Shown one piece after another: positions 28,125 through 36,452 of a DNA stretch of 64,000 nucleotides. This stretch comes from Candidatus Gastranaerophilales bacterium (lineage in GTDB: Bacteria > Cyanobacteriota > Vampirovibrionia > Gastranaerophilales > Gastranaerophilaceae), in assembly GCA_944323265.1 (NCBI GenBank), contig CALURX010000001.1:39430-103429 (forward strand). Reading direction: 5' to 3'. Numbering within the stretch: the stretch's first letter is position 1; each line of letters starts with the position of its first letter. The notes below the pieces were generated by a model. It saw only the letters and a list, made by a program, of their open reading frames with translations. It searched no databases and was not told where the DNA came from. The position numbers and the translations under genes are program-made.

Positions 28125-29040
28125 ATTTGCATCCCTGCCAAGAGTTCCTCCTCAAAAACTCCCTGTCTATTTTATTAAGGCAGTCCAATTTTTTCCCAAT
28201 CCACCTTGGAGCAACAAGTTCAGTCCTAAGACCGTTACCTGCAAGCCGATGAATTGTAGTATTTTGAGGTAAGTATTCCAAAAAATCACATACTGTACTT
28301 ACGTATTCGTCTTCACTCATGAAACTTAATTCTCCGTTTTCATACATTTTAGCGACCTTTGTCCCTTCAAGAGCACACAGCATGTGAATTTTTACCCCTT
28401 CAGGTTCAAGTTTTGCAATAGTTTTTGCGGTCTGCATCATCTCTTCATAAGTCTCAAACAGGTTCAGTATCACATGAAGACAAATATTGATTCCCATATC
28501 TTTTGTTTTTTCATACATTTTGAGAAAACAAGCGTAATCGTGTCCTCTGTTGATTTTTTTTAAAGTCTTGTCATGCACAGACTGCAGACCATATTCAATC
28601 CAAGTATAATAGTCTGGTGTGAAAGAGGATATCAGCTTTAGCTTATCATCATCCACACAGTCCGGACGAGTACCTATTGAAATGCCTACAATGTCAGGAT
28701 GGTTAAGAGAGGCTTTATAAATCTTTTCCAGCTCACCAACAGGTTTATACGTATTTGAAAAAGCCTGAAAATATGACATAAATTTCTGGGCTTTAAAACG
28801 TTTTGCAAGAGTTTCCGCCCCGACTTTAACCTGTTCTTCAACACTAAGCCTATTTGAATGCGCCTGCGAAAAACTGCCTCCGTCATCACAAAAAATGCAT
28901 CCTTCGGTAGAAATCCGCCCATCACGGTTCGGACAGGAAAATCCGGCATCAATTGTAATCTTATAAACTTTTGCGCCAAATTTATTTTTTAAATGCTGGC
29001 TGTATTGATTATAGCGTTTATCCGTTCCATTAAATTCCAT
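28114..29040 (-). CDS. TIGR01212-family radical SAM protein (YhcC-like)
   Basis: DAGFSCPNRDG...GCIFC, YFQAFSNTY, GTRPDC, EYGLQS, IHRL. Confidence 0.92.
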   Translation of the reverse strand: MEFNGTDKRYNQYSQHLKNKFGAKVYKITIDAGFSCPNRDGRISTEGCIFCDDGGSFSQAHSNRLSVEEQVKVGAETLAKRFKAQKFMSYFQAFSNTYKPVGELEKIYKASLNHPDIVGISIGTRPDCVDDDKLKLISSFTPDYYTWIEYGLQSVHDKTLKKINRGHDYACFLKMYEKTKDMGINICLHVILNLFETYEEMMQTAKTIAKLEPEGVKIHMLCALEGTKVAKMYENGELSFMSEDEYVSTVCDFLEYLPQNTTIHRLAGNGLRTELVAPRWIGKKLDCLNKIDREFLRRNSWQGCKFEL

Positions 29041-29145
29041 ATAAAAAGTCTAATACAATAATTAATTGTAAACAACTCTTAATGTTCCGCCCAAAAAGTT
29101 CAAACATGGTGTATAATAAATTTATTAGATATAGGAGAAGGTATT

Positions 29146-29610
29146 TTGAAAGTAATTGAAGGTTTGCTAACTGTCACAAATGAAAAATTTTGCATAATAG
29201 TATCACGTTTTAATGAGTTTATATGTTCTAAATTATTGTCAGGAGCCTTGGATGAACTTCGAAGACACGGCGTCAATGACGATAATATTGATGTAGTGTG
29301 GTGCCCCGGAGCGTTTGAGATTCCGCTTATTGCAAAAAAATGTGCTAAAACTGGTCAGTACAGTGCTATAATAACGCTGGGAGCAGTTATTAAAGGTTCA
29401 ACATCACATTATGATTACGTATGTGCAGAAGTCTCCAAAGGTGTAGCTTCTGTTGGTCTTGAAACAGGTGTTCCTGTTATATTCGGAGTGTTAACAACCG
29501 ATAATATTGAGCAGGCAATAGAAAGAGCCGGAACAAAAGCCGGTAATAAAGGTTCTGATGCTGCTAAATCTGCAATCGAAATGGCAAATTTAATAAACAA
29601 AATAGGTTAA
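29146..29610 (+). CDS. ribH: 6,7-dimethyl-8-ribityllumazine synthase
   Basis: [35 protein letters not shown]. Confidence 0.97.
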   Translation: MKVIEGLLTVTNEKFCIIVSRFNEFICSKLLSGALDELRRHGVNDDNIDVVWCPGAFEIPLIAKKCAKTGQYSAIITLGAVIKGSTSHYDYVCAEVSKGVASVGLETGVPVIFGVLTTDNIEQAIERAGTKAGNKGSDAAKSAIEMANLINKIG

Positions 29611-29666
29611 TAGTGTAAATAATGTCTCATTCAACTGCGGCATTATTCAGGCAAAGGAGCGTGTGT

Positions 29667-30560
29667 ATGAGCGAAAATATTACAGAATACAGAAATGAAA
29701 ACACTAAAAATATCGATTTGTTATCAACAATAGATATTGTAAGAAAGATTAATGAAGAAGATAAGCTCGTAGCACTGGCAATAGAAGACGAACTTCCTAA
29801 TATTGCAAAAGCCATTGATATGATTGCAAAACAATTTTTGATGGGCGGCAGATTATACTACTTTGGAGCCGGAACATCAGGAAGAATAGGAGTGCTTGAC
29901 GCATCTGAATGTCCGCCGACATTTGGAGCGCCTGCAGATATGGTAACAGGTATAATTGCAGGCGGAGATACTGCTCTTAGAAATGCAGTAGAAGGGGCTG
30001 AAGATAATTTTGATTTAGGAGTAAAAGACGCCTCATGCCTGACAGATATGGATGTTTGCGTTGCAATATCAGCAAGCGGAAATCCTAAATATCTTTTGGG
30101 AGTTCTATCTCAAGCAGAAAAAGCCAACTGCAGAACAATTGCTCTTACCTGTAACCACAATGCGGCTATTCTTGAAGAAGCAGGACTTGGGATTTGCGTA
30201 GAAGTCGGCCCGGAAGTTATTGCAGGTTCAAGCAGAATGAAAGCAGGTACCGTGCAGAAAATGGTACTTAATATGCTTTCAACAGGCGCTATGATAAAAA
30301 TCGGCAAAACTTATGAAAACTTTATGATTGACTTAATGCCGACAAATGAAAAACTAAAAGATAGAGCCATCCGAATTGTTGCAGAGATTGCGGAAGTTAA
30401 TCATGCTACAGCCCTGCAGACACTTTTAGATTGCGGCTGGGAGGTTAAAACAGCTATTCTTATGCTCAAATGCAAGCTTAATAAAGAGCAGGCTGAAACT
30501 GTTTTAAAGAAAAACTGCGGTGTATTAAGAAGAGCTTTGAACAGTCTTACTAAAATTTAA
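29667..30560 (+). CDS. murQ: N-acetylmuramic acid 6-phosphate etherase
   Basis: TEYRN, GAGTSGRIGVLDASECPPTFG, GSSRMKAGTVQKMVLNMLST; start set to ATG 29667 after AAGGAG. Confidence 0.95.
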   Translation: MSENITEYRNENTKNIDLLSTIDIVRKINEEDKLVALAIEDELPNIAKAIDMIAKQFLMGGRLYYFGAGTSGRIGVLDASECPPTFGAPADMVTGIIAGGDTALRNAVEGAEDNFDLGVKDASCLTDMDVCVAISASGNPKYLLGVLSQAEKANCRTIALTCNHNAAILEEAGLGICVEVGPEVIAGSSRMKAGTVQKMVLNMLSTGAMIKIGKTYENFMIDLMPTNEKLKDRAIRIVAEIAEVNHATALQTLLDCGWEVKTAILMLKCKLNKEQAETVLKKNCGVLRRALNSLTKI

Positions 30561-33154
30561 CTAAAATAATCAATAACAGATTTAGTCATTATATCTGCAT
30601 AATTTTCCATAGTTTCAGGATTATTCATCCGCTCTCTGCCTTTGGGTGAACACATAAACGCTACTTCCCAAAGTACGGATGGAATATTCATGTTATTTTC
30701 GGCTTTTTTCATAACTAAATAATTAGCCTTGAGATTTTGTGCGCATTCTTGGTCACTATCAGTTTTGAAATTATTAACCATAATTTCTGCGAGCTTCCTG
30801 CTGTTATCCTTTTTGCCGGTAAAATAAACCTGCGTTCTGTCCTTAGGCGGCTGACCGTTTACCCAGTTTTTCTTATCCTGATTATTTACATGCACAGAGA
30901 TAAACATATCGGCCTTGTTATTCTTGTATCCGAGTTCTTTTGCAATAAGGTTAACGTGGCCTTGCAGGAAAATAACTTTGGCTCCTTGAGCACAGAGGCG
31001 GTCTTTTAGCCTGATCGCATTATCATAATTTATTAACCACTCGTCCTCAAGCCCATTTTGTCCTACAGTTCCAACATCGGTACCAGCTTGTGAATAACCA
31101 TGTCCGGCGTTCACAATAATTGTCTTGCCATTAAGCTTTCCTGATGCTGTGGGGTTAAATACTGCCCTAGTCGCGGCCACTATACCGTTAATTCTATGTT
31201 TTTCTCTTAACAATTCTCTGTTTTGAAGATTTGCTGTTCCACGCATGTCTACAATCTCAGTTGTAATTTTATTTTTATCATCATAAATAATTTTTTTCTT
31301 ATCTGCGGACACCGCATAATCAGAGTCATTATACACAACTTTTATTCTTTGTCCCGGCTCTATTAAATCTGATTCCAGCCCGTTTATATTCTTTAAAGCC
31401 TCAAGCTTTACACCTACTTGTTTTGAAATTTTATAAAGTGTATCTTTGGGCTGAACTGTATAAATATAACCGGGTATTTCGATAATATCTCCTGCATTAA
31501 TTTTGTCAACATCTTCAATATTGTTTAAGTCCTTTAAAATTTCTACAGTAAGCCCAAATTTCTTTGCAATCCTGAATAGATTGTCTCCCGGCTCAATCTT
31601 ATATCCAAGTTTTTGAATTTTAAGCTTTTGTCCCAGCTGAATTTTATTCTTGTCTTGAATATTATTATTTTTACAAATTATATCCTCTGTTGTACCGAAA
31701 GTACGAGCAAGCCTCCAGATACCGTCCCCTTTTTGGACTTCGTGTTCGTACGTTATCACCTGAAACATTCCTTCCTGCTCAATTTTTGTTTTAGGGCTGG
31801 ATAACAGACCTTTAAACTCGGACAAATCCTCTGATTCTACCTCTGCAATTTCATCTTCCTTAGGGCCGCTGCAGCTTCTAAAAAGATTAAATATAAAATT
31901 ACCGATAGCCGCAAAACCGGCTTTTATTCCATCCCATACTCTTGACCAGAAGCCTTTCTTTTGAGGTTTTGTTTCATTGTTTTCAGTCTTAGGTACTTGA
32001 ATTGTATCTGCAGGTTGTACAGATATTGTATCACTAGTAACTATCGGTGCTACAGAAGAAGTTTTCTCTATAGTAGAAGATTTAATATTCTTTAAGAACG
32101 GTACATTCAAGCTGCTTCCGATAGAAATTGATTCCGGATTCCGATTAACTCGTTTAAATTCTTCATAAAACTCTTTAAACGTAACATCATAAGTATTATC
32201 AAGTGAATCATATATTTTTTTTGCAACAGCAAAAACTCCCTTACCTTTAAAAGAATCATCTACTGTAAATTTCCAAGAGCCGGCACTTTTTGGCTCGGAG
32301 GAGATTTCACCTTTTGTAAATTGTTCATATATTTTATCAAGCTCTGTTGTATCTTTCTTATTCTTTTTATGGCACTCAACTGCTTTGTTATAGCAGGATT
32401 TAATAGCTTCTTTTGCCTCATCCAATTCTTTACCTGTTAAGTCTCTTGATGCCAGAATCATTCTATTTAAACTTCTTCGGTACAAACCAGGGTCTTCAAC
32501 TTTGTCAGCGTCAGACTTGCCTGAATATACATAGGCTAAATTCGCAATAACAGTAGAATAATCCTTGTTTTTTATGGCATTCATCAATACTTTATTTTTG
32601 CTAATTTTACTTAAACCCTTGTTATAATTAAGATCAATTAATCCCTCTTTGATTGAGGATGGTAAGTTTTCATAAGTATTTTTGCCAATCCTTCTGTTCA
32701 GAAGATTCTTTACTTCTTTAGAATAATTTTGGAGTTTTTTGCAGAAATTTGAATAAGCAGTTTCCTGTGTTCTTTTATTTTTAGTAAGTTCGCCAAAACC
32801 ATTGGTGTAAGTGCCGAATTTATCTTTATACGGCACTGTAATAGCTTCATAGTAGTAATACGGGTCGCCCTCGTAATATTTCATCAAATCTATAAGATGG
32901 CTCTGTGCCTTTTTAATAGCAGTATTGTCATCTTTAAGAAGCGACGGAGAGTATGATTTAATACCCATTTCATCAGCAGTACAGCGCAAGGTATCGATAA
33001 TATCCTCCGAAAGAAGCTGCTTTTTCACAATGCTGTCTGCAGGAGCTTCAAGAGTATATTCAAAAGTTTTTATGCTGTCAGGTTTTGTTGTTGCAGCTGT
33101 TGAAACGTTTGTAGTGTCTTTTATCTCATATATATTATGAACAGAAATACTCAT
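30557..33154 (-). CDS. Multidomain peptidoglycan hydrolase: GH24-like lysozyme + LysM repeats + Amidase_3
   Basis: PYKDKFGTYTNGFG...LIDLNYNKG; HEVQKGDGIWRLA, YKIEPGDNLFRIA, YTVQPKDTLYKIS; IIVNAGHG, DMFISVHVN, SVLWEVAFM; start set to MSISV (33154). Confidence 0.85.
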   Translation of the reverse strand: MSISVHNIYEIKDTTNVSTAATTKPDSIKTFEYTLEAPADSIVKKQLLSEDIIDTLRCTADEMGIKSYSPSLLKDDNTAIKKAQSHLIDLMKYYEGDPYYYYEAITVPYKDKFGTYTNGFGELTKNKRTQETAYSNFCKKLQNYSKEVKNLLNRRIGKNTYENLPSSIKEGLIDLNYNKGLSKISKNKVLMNAIKNKDYSTVIANLAYVYSGKSDADKVEDPGLYRRSLNRMILASRDLTGKELDEAKEAIKSCYNKAVECHKKNKKDTTELDKIYEQFTKGEISSEPKSAGSWKFTVDDSFKGKGVFAVAKKIYDSLDNTYDVTFKEFYEEFKRVNRNPESISIGSSLNVPFLKNIKSSTIEKTSSVAPIVTSDTISVQPADTIQVPKTENNETKPQKKGFWSRVWDGIKAGFAAIGNFIFNLFRSCSGPKEDEIAEVESEDLSEFKGLLSSPKTKIEQEGMFQVITYEHEVQKGDGIWRLARTFGTTEDIICKNNNIQDKNKIQLGQKLKIQKLGYKIEPGDNLFRIAKKFGLTVEILKDLNNIEDVDKINAGDIIEIPGYIYTVQPKDTLYKISKQVGVKLEALKNINGLESDLIEPGQRIKVVYNDSDYAVSADKKKIIYDDKNKITTEIVDMRGTANLQNRELLREKHRINGIVAATRAVFNPTASGKLNGKTIIVNAGHGYSQAGTDVGTVGQNGLEDEWLINYDNAIRLKDRLCAQGAKVIFLQGHVNLIAKELGYKNNKADMFISVHVNNQDKKNWVNGQPPKDRTQVYFTGKKDNSRKLAEIMVNNFKTDSDQECAQNLKANYLVMKKAENNMNIPSVLWEVAFMCSPKGRERMNNPETMENYADIMTKSVIDYFS

Positions 33155-33156
33155 TC

Positions 33157-33194
33157 TTTTTATATCCCTCATTTATTTTTATATCCCTCATTTA
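33157..33194. repeat. Perfect 19-bp tandem duplication of the ribosome-binding region
   Basis: TTTTTATATCCCTCATTTA twice (33157-33175, 33176-33194). Confidence 0.95.
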
Positions 33195-33335
33195 TATAAA
33201 GTAAATATTTTTTTATTAATTGACTTAATTTTACAAATATTTACAAAACTCAGGCTTTAATCTTAATTCTTCCGCAAACTCGCAGTTTTATAGTATAATG
33301 AAAAAAAGCGCTGACATAATTAAGGGGAAAAGCGA

Positions 33336-34337
33336 ATGAAATTAACTGTACTTGGGCCGGGTTGCTGGGGTTTGACATTAGCTTGGTTATTGAATGATAA
33401 CTTTGAAGATATAACTGTATGGGGAAGAGAGTGCGACCTATATGAAGACTTGGTCGTTAATAGACATTGCTCCAAGCCTCTTGAAGTTCAGCTGGATAAA
33501 AAGGTTGAAATCACGTCAGATCTTAAAAAAGCTATAAAAGATGCTGATATAATCCTTTCTGTTGTAGCTACATCCGGCGTAAGAAGTGTTTGCGAACAGC
33601 TTAAACAGGCAGGAATTAAACCCGAACAGCCTCTTGTTAACGCTTCAAAGGGACTGGAACTTAATACTCTTATGAGAATGTCGGAAGTTATTAAAGATGT
33701 GCTTCCCGAACAAAAAGTCGTTATACTTTCAGGCCCTACGCTTGCAAAAGAAGTTCTTATGGGTAAACCGACTGCAGCTTCAGTTGCTTGCGACGATATG
33801 GAAACCGCAGAGTTTGTTCAAAGGGCATGCAATGTTCCGAACCGTTTTAGGTTGTACACTAATTCTGATGTAATAGGTGTTGAACTTGGCGGAAGCCTTA
33901 AAAACGTAATTGCAATAGCGTCAGGCTTTGCTCACACGATGGATTTGGGCGACAATTGCATGGGAACGCTGCTGACCAGAGGTATGGCAGAAATTGTAAG
34001 ACTTTCCGTAAAACTTGGCGCGAATCCGTCTACTCTTTACGGTCTATCCGGCATGGGGGATTTGATTGCAACCTGCTCAAGCCCGATGTCAAGAAATTAC
34101 ACTGTAGGCGCTATGCTCGGAAAAGGTAAAAAAGTTGATGATATTCTTAAAGAACTCGGCTCAGTTGCGGAAGGGGTTAAAACTTCTAAGGCAGTTTGCG
34201 ACTTAGCTCAAAAGCATGGAATTGAGGTGCCTGTATCAAGCGCTATTTATGAAGCAGTTTATACTGATATTACGCCGCAGGAAGTGTTATCAAAACTTAT
34301 GAACAGAAAACTTAAGAAGGAAGAACGTTATGATTAA
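33336..34337 (+). CDS. gpsA: NAD(P)H-dependent glycerol-3-phosphate dehydrogenase
   Basis: VLGPGCWG, SGPTLAKEV, LGGSLKNVIAIASG, GMGDLIATCSSPMSRN, VAEGV. Confidence 0.96.
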   Translation: MKLTVLGPGCWGLTLAWLLNDNFEDITVWGRECDLYEDLVVNRHCSKPLEVQLDKKVEITSDLKKAIKDADIILSVVATSGVRSVCEQLKQAGIKPEQPLVNASKGLELNTLMRMSEVIKDVLPEQKVVILSGPTLAKEVLMGKPTAASVACDDMETAEFVQRACNVPNRFRLYTNSDVIGVELGGSLKNVIAIASGFAHTMDLGDNCMGTLLTRGMAEIVRLSVKLGANPSTLYGLSGMGDLIATCSSPMSRNYTVGAMLGKGKKVDDILKELGSVAEGVKTSKAVCDLAQKHGIEVPVSSAIYEAVYTDITPQEVLSKLMNRKLKKEERYD

Positions 34338-35259
34338 GTATGCCGTTAAATATCTTAAGAATGTTTTTGTTCCACTCAGGTGTCCTGATAACGTCAATCT
34401 GGATGACGGTGCTCTTGTTCTTGCAAGAACTGAAAAAGGAGAAGAAGTATTAAAAGCGTTTCTTGTTAATAAAGAAGTTGCCAAACTTTTTGAAGAATCT
34501 TCTAAAACACCTGAACCTTTTGAGTTTATAAGAATAATGACTCAGGAAGATATGATGCTTCTTGAAGAATTAAAAAAAGAAGAGGTTACCTCCTTTTTCA
34601 AATGCAAGGATTTGGTAAAAAAACATAATTTGAATATGAACCTTGTTCAATGCAGAATTACGTTTGATAAAAGAAAAATTTCTTTTTATTATACAGCGCC
34701 TGAGCGAGTTGATTTCAGGGAGCTTCTTAAAGATTTGACGCAGGTTTTCAAAAGAATGCGTATAGATTTGAGACACATTGGAGTTCGAGACGAATCTTCG
34801 ATTATGGATGGAACAGGGATTTGCGGAAAACCTTTTTGCTGTTCGTCTTATCTTAGAAAATTTGAATCAATAAACGTAAAGCTTGCCAAAGATCAGGGAA
34901 TGCCAATTGCTCCGTCAAAGATTTCAGGTACATGCGGACGGCTGCTTTGCTGTCTTACTTATGAATATTCAAACTACATAGAGGCTGCCAAAGGTATGCC
35001 GCCTGTGGGTTCAACTGTTATGACGCCAACAGGGCTCGGTAAGGTTTGCTATATACAATTTCTCAACAATTCCGTTGCGGTTAAGTTTGAAGACGGCAAG
35101 ATTAAAGAGTTTAATAAAAATGAAATTGAGATGGTTGATGCTGATGTCAACGTAGATATAGAGGTTTCCAGAATTACAAACTATTCTGAAGAAAAGGTTG
35201 ATGCAAAACAGCTCAAGCAGCTTGAAGACGACAGAAATAGTTCAACAGGCAATGTTTAG
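34330..35259 (+). CDS. PSP1 C-terminal domain protein (YaaT/RicT family)
   Basis: FYYTAPERVDFRELLKDL, IGVRDE, GICGKPFCC, KISGTCGRLLCCLTYE. Confidence 0.92.
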   Translation: MIKYAVKYLKNVFVPLRCPDNVNLDDGALVLARTEKGEEVLKAFLVNKEVAKLFEESSKTPEPFEFIRIMTQEDMMLLEELKKEEVTSFFKCKDLVKKHNLNMNLVQCRITFDKRKISFYYTAPERVDFRELLKDLTQVFKRMRIDLRHIGVRDESSIMDGTGICGKPFCCSSYLRKFESINVKLAKDQGMPIAPSKISGTCGRLLCCLTYEYSNYIEAAKGMPPVGSTVMTPTGLGKVCYIQFLNNSVAVKFEDGKIKEFNKNEIEMVDADVNVDIEVSRITNYSEEKVDAKQLKQLEDDRNSSTGNV

Positions 35260-35268
35260 TATAGGAGT

Positions 35269-36000
35269 TTGCTTATGATGTTAGAAAAAATTGAAAGACT
35301 GCAGGTTATTTCTTTGGGATTACTTATCGGTATTGCGCTTGTAATCTCAACTCAAATGGTATCGTCTTCGATATCAAAAAATGTTATTTCCGTTACAGGT
35401 TCAGCTTATGAGATTGTAAAATCTGATTCAGGAACGCTTAATTTTGATATTGTTGTAAAAAGGGCTAACAAAAAAGAGGCATATCTTGCAGTACAGGAAC
35501 AAACAAAAATTGTAGAAAAATATTTAAAAGATAAGAATATTAAAAATATTGAAAGAAAAACAGTACACGGGTTCTTTACATATAAAAGAGACGCAAGAAC
35601 CGGCGCTTACACTGACACTCCGGAAGCTTATAACATTCTCCAGCCGATTGCAATCAGCTCTGATAATGTAGAGTTAATCAAAGAAATCTCTACAGATATT
35701 ACAGGTTTAATTAATCAGGGCGTTGATATAAACGTATCTACACCATCTTATGATTATTCAAAACTGCCTGATTTAAAAGTAACTTTGTTAGAAAAAGCTT
35801 CAACCGATGCTAAAAACAGAGCAGCTTCTATGCTAAAACCTACCCATAACTCTGTAGGCCAGATTCAATCAGTAAGAATGGGCGTTTACCAGATTACACC
35901 GGTTGATTCAACAAACGTTTCTGATATGGGTATAAATGATACCTCTACTATAGACAAAAAGGTTACGGCTGTTGCTAATGTATCGTTTAAAATAAAGTAA
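35269..36000 (+). CDS. SIMPL-domain (DUF541) protein
   Basis: ISVTGSA, DAKNRA, GVYQITP, IDKKVTAV. Confidence 0.88.
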   Translation: MLMMLEKIERLQVISLGLLIGIALVISTQMVSSSISKNVISVTGSAYEIVKSDSGTLNFDIVVKRANKKEAYLAVQEQTKIVEKYLKDKNIKNIERKTVHGFFTYKRDARTGAYTDTPEAYNILQPIAISSDNVELIKEISTDITGLINQGVDINVSTPSYDYSKLPDLKVTLLEKASTDAKNRAASMLKPTHNSVGQIQSVRMGVYQITPVDSTNVSDMGINDTSTIDKKVTAVANVSFKIK

Positions 36001-36025
36001 TATAAATTATGAATGCATACTATTA

Positions 36026-36053
36026 ATGTAACTCAATACATATTCTGTTACAT
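36026..36053 (-). repeat. dif-like recombination site A (left inverted repeat)
   Basis: Reverse complement ATGTAACAGAA-TATGTA-TTGAGTTACAT; 24/28 identical to site B. Confidence 0.8.
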
Positions 36054-36133
36054 TAGACACTTTATTCTACCATATAATTTAGTATTGGCGCAATATGTAA
36101 GAATTTTTCTTTTTGTTTAATTTTGCCCTTTCA

Positions 36134-36168
36134 TTTTATCTTCTTTTGCGCAGAAAAAGAAGATAAAA
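36134..36168. terminator. 14-bp A/T-rich hairpin inside the IR-flanked segment
   Basis: TTTTATCTTCTTTT-gcgcaga-AAAAGAAGATAAAA. Confidence 0.5.
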
Positions 36169-36199
36169 CTGAAGCAAAAGTAAAAAAATGCTGTTATTT

Positions 36200-36229
36200 T
36201 TGACATTTTTGCTATTACTCAAATATGCT
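36200..36229 (+). promoter_or_regulatory. Sigma70-type promoter facing the pilin/adhesin gene
   Basis: TTGACA (36200-36205) -N18- TATGCT (36224-36229). Confidence 0.6.
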
Positions 36230-36242
36230 TTGTTATTGGCTT

Positions 36243-36361
36243 ACACAGAATCTGCCTCGCACGCGATTATTTGCTTCGCTCATACGCGTGCGAGGCAGAT
36301 TAAAGCTTTGTATAAGAAGACTGATTTCTATACAAATACGTCTGGCCTGCAATCCCTGTGT
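36243..36361 (+). ncRNA. Candidate structured 5' leader RNA (multi-stem junction)
   Basis: P1 ACACAG/CTGTGT; 17-bp perfect stem 36249-36265/36285-36301; 8-bp stem TTTGTATA/TATACAAA. Confidence 0.4.
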
Positions 36362-36393
36362 TCTCAGTGCTAATTCCCTATATGTTTACCCAA

Positions 36394-36421
36394 AAGTAAC
36401 AGAATATGTATTATGTTACTT
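36394..36421 (+). repeat. dif-like recombination site B (right inverted repeat)
   Basis: AAGTAACAGAA-TATGTA-TTATGTTACTT, 31 bp before GTG 36453; right arm resembles the XerD arm TTATGTTAAAT. Confidence 0.8.
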
Positions 36422-36452
36422 TTAATGCTATATAAAAGAAAGAGAGGAAGAA

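Noticed and set aside
36243-36361. c-di-GMP-I riboswitch
   Set aside because: Lacks the GNRA tetraloop/receptor and the GCAAA...GAC core; only a loose TAAAGC resemblance
36394-36421. The chromosomal dif site
   Set aside because: It has a near-identical inverted partner 340 bp away and abuts a start codon; a single terminus dif cannot be excluded without genome-wide skew data, but pairing fits a local switch better
36188-36425. Two short ORFs (61 and 66 aa) in the IR-flanked segment, as a possible recombinase or leader peptide
   Set aside because: No SD or recognisable motif; they run through the promoter and hairpins; far too short for a recombinase
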